Part shown: in pieces, positions 34,846 to 44,400 of the stretch
How positions within the stretch are numbered: the stretch's first letter is position 1
Layout of the letters: the number at the start of each line of letters is the position of its first letter
Assembly (NCBI GenBank): GCA_052055015.1
Contig: JBQJIT010000039.1
Length of the DNA: 45,368 nucleotides
Strand: one strand, 5' to 3'
DNA from: Malassezia furfur
Taxonomy: Eukaryota
Notes under the pieces: model-generated
The model's input: only the letters and a program-made list of their open reading frames with translations
Database searches by the model: none
What the model was told of the DNA's origin: nothing
Translations under genes and position numbers: made by a program

Positions 34846-36637
34846 CTATTCGTCTACCAACTCACGTTTCAATACTTTCCCAGCCGCACTGTGGTTAGAG
34901 CTAGCACATACCTGGTAGGCAGCGAATCAATCCAAGTCAAGCCGCGCAGCTTCTTGTAAGGCGGCACACGTGAATTTACATAGTCCAGGATCTTCTGGGT
35001 GCGTTCCTCCTCGGGCTGGTTCTTCGCGTCGTCATTAACCACGACATATGCCCAAGGAAGCTCGTTGCGAGTAATATTGTCCTTCTTGATCTTGCCAACA
35101 ACGGCGACGTCCTTCGCAATGTCGACCTGGCGCACGATATCCTCCAGTTCGGATGCGGAAATCTGGTAGCCGTTGTATTTGATCACGTCTTTGATGCGCT
35201 CGCGGATGGTCAGGTAACCTGGGTAAGCTCAGCACAACGAACCATCTTGGTCAATCGAGACCACATCGCCCGAGCGGAAGTAGCGCTCTGGGTCCGAAAT
35301 GTTGGGCACAAACGCCTTGGCATTGGCTTCGTCGTTGTCTTTATACCCCAACATCATCTGTGGGCCACGCAGCCAAAGCTCGCCTGCCTCACCAGGTCCG
35401 ACGTCTTTCCCGGTCTCAATGTCAATGATACGCGCCTCAGTGTTGGGGACAAGGCGGCCGACGTCGAGGTGGTGCCGCTTGATGTCGGCCTCGGTCTGGA
35501 GCGCAATGAGCGGTGACATTTCTGTCATGCCATAGCCGTCGGTGACGGGAATGCCATTTTTCTTGTACACCAATGCACACAGCTCCTTGGACAGCGATGC
35601 AGCGCCGGATGCAAACGAGCGGATGGAGGAAACATCGTATTTTTCCGCCAAGGGTGACGTGGCCATCGCCATGAGCATGGGCGGAACGACAAACATGAAC
35701 GTCACGCGGTATCGCTGTACCGCCTCGAAGAAGTGTTCCACGTTGAAGCGCGAAAATATCACACAGGGTGTTGAGGTGTGCAGAGAAGCGACGGCCATCA
35801 ACAGGCCGTAGCAGTGGAACTGCGGCAGAATCGACAAGTGGAACTCGTCTGTGCCGTCCTGTGGCGGCAGCAGCGGCTGGTCGTACCACCCAGCATCGTC
35901 AAAGCGTGGCTTGTTCATGCGGCCTCCGAGCGTCGCAACTGTTTGGATCACATTGGAAATAATGTTGTAGTGCGACAGGCAGACAACTTTCGGCATACCC
36001 GACGTGCCGGAGCTGAAGCAGTACACGGCCACATCCTTCGTCGGGTCGCATACAGGCACGTCAATCTGCTGGGAAGCCTTCATCATGGGATCTTTGAGGA
36101 GTTTCTGTAGGCTGCGCGGATGGTCCTCCTCAAAAACGTATACCGGTACGGAATCGGCGGTCCGTGCGTACTCTTGGGCGGCTGCATTGGCCGCGGTAAA
36201 GGTCGCCGCAGACGCAAACACGGCGCGTGGGCTCACCTTTTTCATCATTCTAAGAAGCTCCTCGCCCGTGAATTGCGGGTTGAGCAAGGCCGGAATTCCA
36301 CCTGCGAGCATTACACCCAGGCAGACCATCAAGTAGTCGTGCTGTGTTACTTTTTTTTTGGCCGCACACGTACCTGATTTTCGGTAAGAAACAGGACAAC
36401 ATCGCCCTTTTTCCATGGCCCGCCCGGGTGGTCGGGCTCGAGGAGGCTTTTTGCGATGGCATAGGCACCGTCGCGCACATCGAGCAGGGTAAGCGCCTTG
36501 GACTCGCGGCGCGAGCCGAACGGCGAGGGATGCAAAACCGGGACCTCGTTCCTGTCTTTGTCGAGGTAACGAAAGACAAACTGCGGCAATGACAGGTCGC
36601 TCGGGAGCTTCTGCTCGTTGTAGAGCGACTTGTACAT
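34846..36637 (-). CDS. 4-coumarate-CoA ligase/luciferase-like AMP-dependent acyl-CoA synthetase
   Basis: FSSGTSGMPK, GYGMTE, GELWLRGP, FRSGD, RIKDVIKYNG and SAAGKVLKR motifs. Introns 36342-36373, 35219-35242 and 34889-34911. Confidence 0.92.
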
Positions 36638-36701
36638 GGTAGTGTCAAAGTGGGGAAGCAGAATATGGGGAAAGCGAATAGGGCGCACCTCCATCACCGC
36701 G

Positions 36702-37355
36702 ATGATCCCGGGCTGGAAAGCGTGGATCCAGGAGGCGCTGGCCGATCCGAAGGGCGACCGCTCGGCGGGTGCGTGACGAACTTATGTAGGCTATTACGCA
36801 TTAGCAACGCTGTGTGGTGGTGCGCCGCACGTTCGCCACGTCGTGCACCGCGGCTTTTTGCGCGATGGTACGACGCTCGTCACGACGACCGACGTCCGTG
36901 CCCCCAAAGTTGAGGAGATCCGTGCGCAGTCAGCCGTTGAGCTCGCATGGTGGATCGCACCGGCGAAAGTCCAGGTACGTGTGTGTCTCATGCAGTTTCG
37001 CATCAGCGGCACCGCTACCGTGCTCCCTCACTCCGCCCACGCCTGGCGAGGGACTGAACCCGGGGATCTGGATGCAGAGCGTGAGCGTGTGTGGAATGCA
37101 TTGGGTCCCGGTCTGCAGGACACGTTCCGAGGTGCACCACCTGGTGTGTCGCTCGCAGATGCGTCGCGTGCGGCGCCGCCTGAGGAAGACGCCTCTTCTA
37201 TTCCTACAAGGTATGGGGAGTGACGCTAACGCAGCTTTGCCTTGCTGCTCATCGAGCCGCACAAAGTCGATGTTTTGGATCTCGCTCAAATGAAGCGCAC
37301 CCTATACGAGCGCACAAAAGAGGAGCAGTGGTCCGAGACTGAGATCACACCGTAG
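36702..37355 (+). CDS. Pyridoxamine 5'-phosphate oxidase-like FMN-binding protein (YGR017W-like)
   Basis: LAT..PHVRHVVHRGF, TTDVRAPK, QFRISG and FALLLIEP..VD.LDL motifs. Introns 36769-36789 (in-frame TGA), 36975-36995 and 37211-37234. Confidence 0.85.
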
Positions 37356-37408
37356 AAGCCGCCGAGCGCCGTCGGCGTGTCGTTCGATGGCGCGAGGGTT
37401 AGCACCAC

Positions 37409-37753
37409 TTAGGCGTCTTCGAGGTTCCGGTCGAGAAAGTCGCGGATCTTGGCCGACATGGTATCACGCACCGAGTTCGGCAACGTTTCTGGGTGAGGCT
37501 TTGCACCTACTTTGCGCGTACGGTCCAAGCTTGGCGACGAGCGTAGGCAGGTGCAGTGGATCTTGCGCGCGTGCCTCGCCTGAGTGAGTGTGTGGGGCGT
37601 ACGTTCGGCCTGTTCGCGCAGCTGGGTATCCCATTCGCTCTCCTCAAGGAGCTGCCGGAGCTGTGCAAGCAGCGTATTCCACTCGCCTGTCGCGACGAGG
37701 CGCTGGTGCAGCAGGTTGAGCAGCTCCTCGCAGCTTTCCCCACCGTCGGACAT
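37409..37753 (-). CDS. SUS1: Sus1/ENY2 (SAGA/TREX-2 subunit)
   Basis: LHQRLVATGEW..L...L...L.ESEW...LR...P.SVR..M.AKIRDFL. Introns 37580-37602 and 37489-37510. Confidence 0.9.
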   Translation of the reverse strand: MSDGGESCEELLNLLHQRLVATGEWNTLLAQLRQLLEESEWDTQLREQAERTPHTLTQARHARKIHCTCLRSSPSLDRTRKVGAKPHPETLPNSVRDTMSAKIRDFLDRNLEDA

Positions 37754-37777
37754 GGTGGAGGGGTCACGCGGGCAATT

Positions 37778-40700
37778 CTACGTGCGCCCACTGGGCGGGG
37801 CTATAAACGTGCCGTTCATCCACATGAGCGCGGGCATGGTGAAGTCGCCGGGCGAGCCCGCGGAGGCATAGGCAAGGCGGAGGTAGTGGGTGGTATTGGT
37901 AAGGGCGTCGGCGAGCGCACTGGCCCCTAACAAGGGGGCGTCGGTGGAGCCCGAGGTGTTGTATTGCGAATAGAGCGTGCGCAGATCAAACTGTGTGCCC
38001 GTCCCCTGGTAGCGCACCACGTCGTCCACGAGCAGCACGAACGAGTCCCAGGTGGTGCGTAGCACGGCAGGAATTGCGTCCCAATGCACCACCGAGCCCG
38101 TCGTGGGCGGCACTGCAAACGCTGGGAGCGCCGAGCTGCCGGTCGCATCACCCTGGATCACGCTCTCGTCCTGGATGAGGCCGTCAAAGCCCCAGCGCGC
38201 CACACCGTTGGTGTACATGCCAAACAAGAAGGCGCAGCAGAGCAGCGAGATGCGCGTCGGGAAGCCACACGCGGGTAGGAGGGCGATGCCGATGATGTAG
38301 TGGTGCAGCCGTACGCCCTCTCCAGGCACCGCCGCGCACAGTCCGATGGTTACGCCGGCGACAATGTAGAGCGCGAGGTACTTGGGCAGGCACCCTGCTG
38401 CGCGGATTACACGCACCTGGTTGACGGCGACACACACCACCACAATGATGATGACGATGAGCGAGGGCAGTGCGCCGGGCTGCTGGGTGATGTCGTGCCC
38501 CTCGAGCCGCTGCAGGGGCACGTCGGCAAACACCACATCGAGCAGCACACCGAGCCACCAGAGACCTAGCGTGCCGATGCCAAACTCGAGCGGAACGTGC
38601 GCAAACGCCGGCCAGACGTACCGGATGGCGATACGCCATGCCGCGTACGTCACAAACAGGTGCGGCCCAAAATCGCCCGCGGCCTCGCCGACTGGCGGCG
38701 GGAAGTCGCGCAGCTCGGACACGAGGTTCACGTGCCAGTACCCCACGATCGCGAGGATGAAGAGGAGCACAATCGGTTGCGGCCGCACGACGAGGCCGAC
38801 GATCGCCGAGAAGACGGCGTCCAACACGTACGTCTTCCACCGCGTGTCGCCACAGTCTCTGCCATTGACGCTCTCTAAAACAAAGGACGACGGAAAGGTG
38901 CCGGCAAATGGAAAGCTCTGGATGCCATGGGCGGTACTGGCGGTGAAGTTGGCATAGGCGCCGGTAAGCCGCAGCGACGCGCAGCCGCCGCCGCTGCCCA
39001 GCACGCCTGCGTGCTGCGCCGCCGCACAAATGAACGAGTCGGCCCGGTACGGCGTCGAGGAGGTGGCATTGTGCGGCCCTCCGCCCACAACAAGCGGTTG
39101 GTAGTTGTACTGGGCGTCGCCGACCGTGCGCGGGTTGAGCAGCGTGGTGCTTGCGCACCCGCTCGGGCACCGGAACGGCTGCGCGGGCGCTTCAAACGGG
39201 GAACACTTGGCACCGTCTAGCCCACACGCGGCATTGCGCAGCCAGTAGGTCGAGGTGCAGTCGACGTACTGTGGCGATGCCCACCCATGCGCCGTCTCCA
39301 CCTCGGCGTGGAACCAGTTGCGGTCGACGAGCACCGCAAAACCAAACAGCCACGCGACACACACGCACACCAGCGCAATGTAGTGCACATGATTGGCTGC
39401 CCAGGTGGCATGTACGCGGCTCAGCCAAAGGGCGCCGCGGTGGTGCGTCGGCGGCGGCGTACGGGGCGTCGAGGGCGGAAGCAGCTCCAACGCCTCATCG
39501 TCCGGCGCGAGCCAGGCCGGAGGGTGCGACGATGGAGGCGGCGTTCGCCATGCAAGTGGCGCCGTTAAGTGTGCAAAGCGTGACTCGAGTGCACCCAACG
39601 GCCACCACGGGTAGTGCTGGATGGGGCGCAGCGTCGAGTACGGCGGGCCGATGATCCAGTGCAGGAGGCGCGCGAGGCGTGTGCGTGGTACACGCCTCGG
39701 CGGAGACTGCGTACTTGACGGCGAGCTGGGCACGTCCTGCCCGTCGCGCCCCTGCGCCATGTCCTCGACGTCGGCCACCGGCTTCGCCAGGGGACTGGCC
39801 GCCTCCGCCTTTGCCGCGCACGGACCACATAATGACCGCGGGCGGACAAGCCAAAGGGCCGCGTTGGTGGGCACATGGGTATACGGCGGAAGGTGCGCCG
39901 TCGTGCCGAGGGCATCGACAGTGGCGGACGCGAGCTGCTGCACGCCATTTGCGTGCGACGTCAGCGTTGTGATCGACGCTTCGAGGCCCAGCTCGAGGGC
40001 CTCGACCGTGTGCGGTGAGGCGCCCAGGGTCTTGGCGCGCGCCGACGACGCTGCGGCGTTGTGGAGCGCCGTGCGCATGAGCGATGCAAGCGTGTGCGTA
40101 GGTGCGTCGCCTGCGTACGTGTGGGATGCATCAACCTCGTGTGTGATGGGCAGCACAAGCTGTGTAGAGACGGGCGAGGCATCCCATCGTGACCCGGCCC
40201 AAAACTGCCCAGCGTTGCCATAGCACAGCGCCTCGGCGCGGCGCCGCTCGTCATCCGAGCCGAGCTTGCGCACGATCTGCAGCATTTTGGTGAGCGACGC
40301 CGGGGAGGCGACGAGGTACGTCACCGGCGCACACGCCGCGGCCAGGGCGGCGCACAGCGGCGACTGCTGCTCGTACGCATACTGTTCGGCGAGCGCGCGG
40401 TTTGTATGGGAGGCGAGGCGCAGCTCCATCTCCGGTCCGGGCTGTGCATGTGACAGGTCACTAATCAGCGCAATCAGCGCGCTCGTATCCAGGTTGAGCG
40501 CCGGCGTTGTATGTAGCACGGGCGGCGGCGGTGGACGTGGTAGGGCAGGGTACGTATCGGCGATCGTCGGCGCACCGGATGCGATGTCGCATGAGCCGAA
40601 GCGCACGTCGATACGGAGTGTACGGATACGGCGTACGAGTGCGCCGAGGCGCCATGCAAAGCGTGCGTCCTCGGGGACGTGCCAGTAGGCGGTCCCTGGA

Positions 40701-41416
40701 GGTGGGGGTGTCATGTCCGCTTCCTGCTCGGCCAGACGCAAGAGGGCCAATGTGAGGGCAGGGCGGTGCGGCTGCGCATCGGCGGCAGCCGCGATGTCGC
40801 ATGCAATCTGCCAAATGCTGCACTGCTCGATTGCCGCGTGGTCGTCCAGCGGCAGATCGTCCAGATCCAGCAGCGCGTCGGCTTCGCGAAATTCCGCCCG
40901 CAACGCGTCGCGCCGGGTGGGCACGAGACGGATCCACTGCTTGGGCGCGACAATCGAGATGCGCACTGTGCGGGCGTGTGTAGCGATTTCCGCATTGAGC
41001 GCCAGCACGGAGCCGCGTGTGAAGAGTGCGTAGAGCACGTCGGCCCAGAACGCAACGAGGTAGCGAGCATTCGACACGGATTCAGCGGTGGTGCCCGCCT
41101 CGACGCGGTCGAGGAACCGAAGCTCGGCATCGACGGCATTGCGAAAAGTGGCAAGACCCGCCAGCGGCTGGGGCGCGCAAGGAAGGGCGGCATCGGTACG
41201 GATCGGCAGAGCAATGCGCCAGAGCGCCGGCGACGCGACGTGGACGCGCTGTTTGTCGACCACGGCGCTCCACCCCTGTGGTGCAGAGCCGCACGCAAAC
41301 TCGGGACCCGCATGCCACCCGTACGAGCGTGCGTTCCAGGCGGCATAGGAGGCGTCGAGGTCCGCCGCAGAGGCCGCGACGGCCTCGAGCGCCGTGCGGC
41401 ATGCGTGCGGCGCCAT
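37778..41416 (-). CDS. 1212-aa ORF: DUF1308 (C7orf25-like) N-half fused to an LCCL-domain multi-pass membrane protein
   Basis: SNARYL and LNLDTSALIALISDLSH..RPRSL (DUF1308-like), then CGLDG..C, YRADSFICAAAQHAG (LCCL), LHHYI and GVARWGFD with about 8 TM segments. No stop between the two halves. Confidence 0.8.
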   Translation of the reverse strand: MAPHACRTALEAVAASAADLDASYAAWNARSYGWHAGPEFACGSAPQGWSAVVDKQRVHVASPALWRIALPIRTDAALPCAPQPLAGLATFRNAVDAELRFLDRVEAGTTAESVSNARYLVAFWADVLYALFTRGSVLALNAEIATHARTVRISIVAPKQWIRLVPTRRDALRAEFREADALLDLDDLPLDDHAAIEQCSIWQIACDIAAAADAQPHRPALTLALLRLAEQEADMTPPPPGTAYWHVPEDARFAWRLGALVRRIRTLRIDVRFGSCDIASGAPTIADTYPALPRPPPPPVLHTTPALNLDTSALIALISDLSHAQPGPEMELRLASHTNRALAEQYAYEQQSPLCAALAAACAPVTYLVASPASLTKMLQIVRKLGSDDERRRAEALCYGNAGQFWAGSRWDASPVSTQLVLPITHEVDASHTYAGDAPTHTLASLMRTALHNAAASSARAKTLGASPHTVEALELGLEASITTLTSHANGVQQLASATVDALGTTAHLPPYTHVPTNAALWLVRPRSLCGPCAAKAEAASPLAKPVADVEDMAQGRDGQDVPSSPSSTQSPPRRVPRTRLARLLHWIIGPPYSTLRPIQHYPWWPLGALESRFAHLTAPLAWRTPPPSSHPPAWLAPDDEALELLPPSTPRTPPPTHHRGALWLSRVHATWAANHVHYIALVCVCVAWLFGFAVLVDRNWFHAEVETAHGWASPQYVDCTSTYWLRNAACGLDGAKCSPFEAPAQPFRCPSGCASTTLLNPRTVGDAQYNYQPLVVGGGPHNATSSTPYRADSFICAAAQHAGVLGSGGGCASLRLTGAYANFTASTAHGIQSFPFAGTFPSSFVLESVNGRDCGDTRWKTYVLDAVFSAIVGLVVRPQPIVLLFILAIVGYWHVNLVSELRDFPPPVGEAAGDFGPHLFVTYAAWRIAIRYVWPAFAHVPLEFGIGTLGLWWLGVLLDVVFADVPLQRLEGHDITQQPGALPSLIVIIIVVVCVAVNQVRVIRAAGCLPKYLALYIVAGVTIGLCAAVPGEGVRLHHYIIGIALLPACGFPTRISLLCCAFLFGMYTNGVARWGFDGLIQDESVIQGDATGSSALPAFAVPPTTGSVVHWDAIPAVLRTTWDSFVLLVDDVVRYQGTGTQFDLRTLYSQYNTSGSTDAPLLGASALADALTNTTHYLRLAYASAGSPGDFTMPALMWMNGTFIAPPSGRT

Positions 41417-41493
41417 GGTGGAGGGGTGCGGGTGGAGGCCGTGTGAAGCGCTGGGCCCCGGCGTGCGGGCGGAGCCAACGTTGGTCTACCTCG

Positions 41494-44400
41494 CTACATG
41501 TTCGCGTACTTGTCAAACTTGTCGCGCGCGGCCGCCTTCAGGGCCGAGTTGCGCGTTCTGCGTGAGGGGCGAGACGTACTGTTTGAGGAAGTCCTTGGCG
41601 CTGCGCTCCAAGTCGCTCATTCCCTCGCCGAGGCTGTGTGAATATGGGTGCACGTACTTGGAGAGAATTTCGTCACGCTTGTGGAGCAACTGCATGTTGA
41701 TCTGCGCCTGGGAGCGCGCGCTGCCGTTGGCGAGGCTCGTGAGCGACCTCTGGTACGAGCTCAGCCAGCTTTCGCGCGGCGCGTCGGCGGGCGGCGTAGC
41801 GGTGCCTGTGCCCTTGCCCGGCGCCGCCTTGCCGCCTGACGCGGGCGCTGCACTCACGGACGGGCGCGGCGACTCGACCACCGGCACTTCCGGCACGTAG
41901 GTCACGCGCGGCGGCAGCTTGGGCTGTGGCGGGCGCCGTGTCCCGCCGATCACCGCGTCGAGCTGCGCGCCGGGCGACAGCGTCGACACGGCCGAGGTGC
42001 CGAGCCACTGCCCGAGGCTCGCAATGTACCCCCCCGCGCCGACGCCCGGGGCGTACGGGAGCGGGCGCGGCGTGAACAGGCACATATTCGGCATCTCGCC
42101 GTGTGGCTGCGTGGCGAAGGCCGTCCAGAGGCGGAGCTGCTGCCCGTCGGAGAGCTCGGCAAAGTCGCCCTGCGCCTCGATGCTCACCTTGGGCGGCGCG
42201 GCGACCACCTCGAGCGACGGCGGGACGTGGCGCTGGATGCGGTGAGCGGTGTCAAGGCGCGGCAGCGTAAGCGCCGTGATGCTGCTAGGCGACGCGGTCA
42301 GCAGCACGCGGCCGTGCGGGCGCGCGACGACCTGCGCGCCGTCCGCCTTCTCCGGGAGGTCGGCGTGGCCGATGCGCGGGCCGGTGACCTGGTCACGCAT
42401 CGTGGCGCACGACTCCGTGACCACAAGGAGCAGGTGGAAGTGTTGCGTGCTGGACGCCATGCCACCGTCCGGCGACTCTTGCTCGATGCGCGCGCGCTGC
42501 ACGTCGTCGGCGGTGCACCGCGCCGTGTGGCCGGACGGGTCGAGCACCGCGGCGGCGAGCACGGGCCCCTGCACGTCGAGCTGGACGCCGGCGGAGCGGA
42601 AGCCGAACCAGTCGCCGAGGCTGCCCTGCTCAAACGTCCACACCGTTGCGTAGCCGCTCGTGCGCACGACGATGAGGCGCGGCGCAAGCATGCGGTCCTC
42701 GGCGATGCGGCACACGGCGAAGGTGAGCGCGGCAATCTCGCCGCGTGCCTCGCCCGCGACGATGCGCGCCTCGCGCTCGCCAATCTGGCGCGAGTAAAAG
42801 TCGTGCGCACCAAAGCCGGCGCGGACGACCATCTCCTGCGAGCGCGCATCGGCCACGACGAGCAGGCCGCCGGACGCGACGGCGCACAGGCCCGTGTCGC
42901 TCAGCGCCAGGCACGTCGGCGGCATCGGGAGCAGGTGGAGCATGGCATGCGCTGGGTGAGCAAGCGACGTACGTTTGAAGCCCGGCACGTGCGCCTGGGC
43001 GGTCGCCTCGAGCGGCGTAAACTCGGGCAGCGGCGCGCTGTTGGCGCTCGGCGTGTCGTGCAGCGCAAGGGCGTGCAGCGCATCGGCGGCCGCGGTGCCG
43101 GCATCGCCCACGAGCGCCGCGGGCGCGTACGCAAGATGCAGCACGTGGCCGGTGGTGAGGCGCACGGCGAGCTCCGCGGCGTCCCACGCCGGGACGACGT
43201 CGGCGACCTGCATGCGCATCGGGAAGCGCTGCAGCGGCTCGAGCGCCGGCGCACCGATCGCCGACGGGTGCAGCACAACGTCGCGCACGTTCGTCGAGAG
43301 GTGCGGCAGCGGCGCAGGGAAGGGGCGCTCGAGCACCGTGCCGCGCCGCGCGTCCTCCACGCCGAGCAGCAGCAGGTGCGGCGACGCGTCGTGTACACGC
43401 ACGCTGCCGTCCAGGTGCCAGGTGACGAGCATGCGCGGCTGGCCGTTGCGCGCAATGGCGGGCGCATGCGCGCGCGTGGCGCCACCCGTGAGGTGCGGCG
43501 TCGCAAAGCCGCCCATCGCGATGTCGGGGTGGATGGCGCCTTTGGGCGACGCGTGCGCATCCTGCACGAGCCGCCGGTAGGTCGCGAGCGGCACCGAGTA
43601 CGTCTTGGCGCCCAGCACCGCGCCGCGGCCGACGCACTGCAGGGGGAGCGGCAGCGTAAGCCGCACGTACGGCGCGCTACTCTGTGGCTTGGGCGGGAAG
43701 GAGTACGACTCGAGGCCGCGGTGCGTCGTCTGCGCCGCAAGCGACGGCAGCGACTCGTCGGGGCCGACGAGAACCAGGATGGCATAGGGGTCGTACGCCC
43801 CGTTGTAAAAAGGGCTCAGGCGCGGCAGCAACACAAAGTCTTCGACCGTCGCGCTTGTGCGGTACACCGACAGGTGGCGGGCAACGAGCGCGTCCTGCTG
43901 CGCGCGGCGTGCCTTGTACTGTGCCTCGGGCGTGGTGCTGGTCCACAACGCGCTCGGCGCCGCGGGCGGCAGGTGGAAGGCGTGCAGGCATGCCGCGTTC
44001 TGGCGCACGGGCGTGCCGCCCATCACGGTGAGCACGGTGCCCTGTGTGCCGGTCTCGTTGGCATGCGCCTGCTGTGCGGCGTCGGCCGCGGCGCTGCCGC
44101 TGCTGCCGCTGCCCAGCACCGACGCGGCCGACTCGTACCAGCCGAGGCCGGGGAACGCCGACCAGGCGAGCTTGAAAATGGGCTCGCGCGCGCCCGCCGA
44201 GCGCCGCTGCGCGAGCTCTTCCGGGGCGGTCGGGCGGTCGACGTCGACCTCGTCGAGCGTGCGCACCTGCAGCGGTTTGTCCTCGTCCTTGATCGACCAG
44301 AACGAGATGCACCCGTTCTCGTGGCCCATGGCAAACTGCTCGCCGTCAGGGCCCCACGCGATCGCCGTGGCAGGACATGCACGCTCGCTCCAAATCTCCT

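Noticed and set aside
26000..36400. Low-GC block as a horizontally acquired island
   Set aside because: The genes are typical fungal families with the same micro-intron style, the boundaries are gradual, and there is no transposase or terminal repeat.
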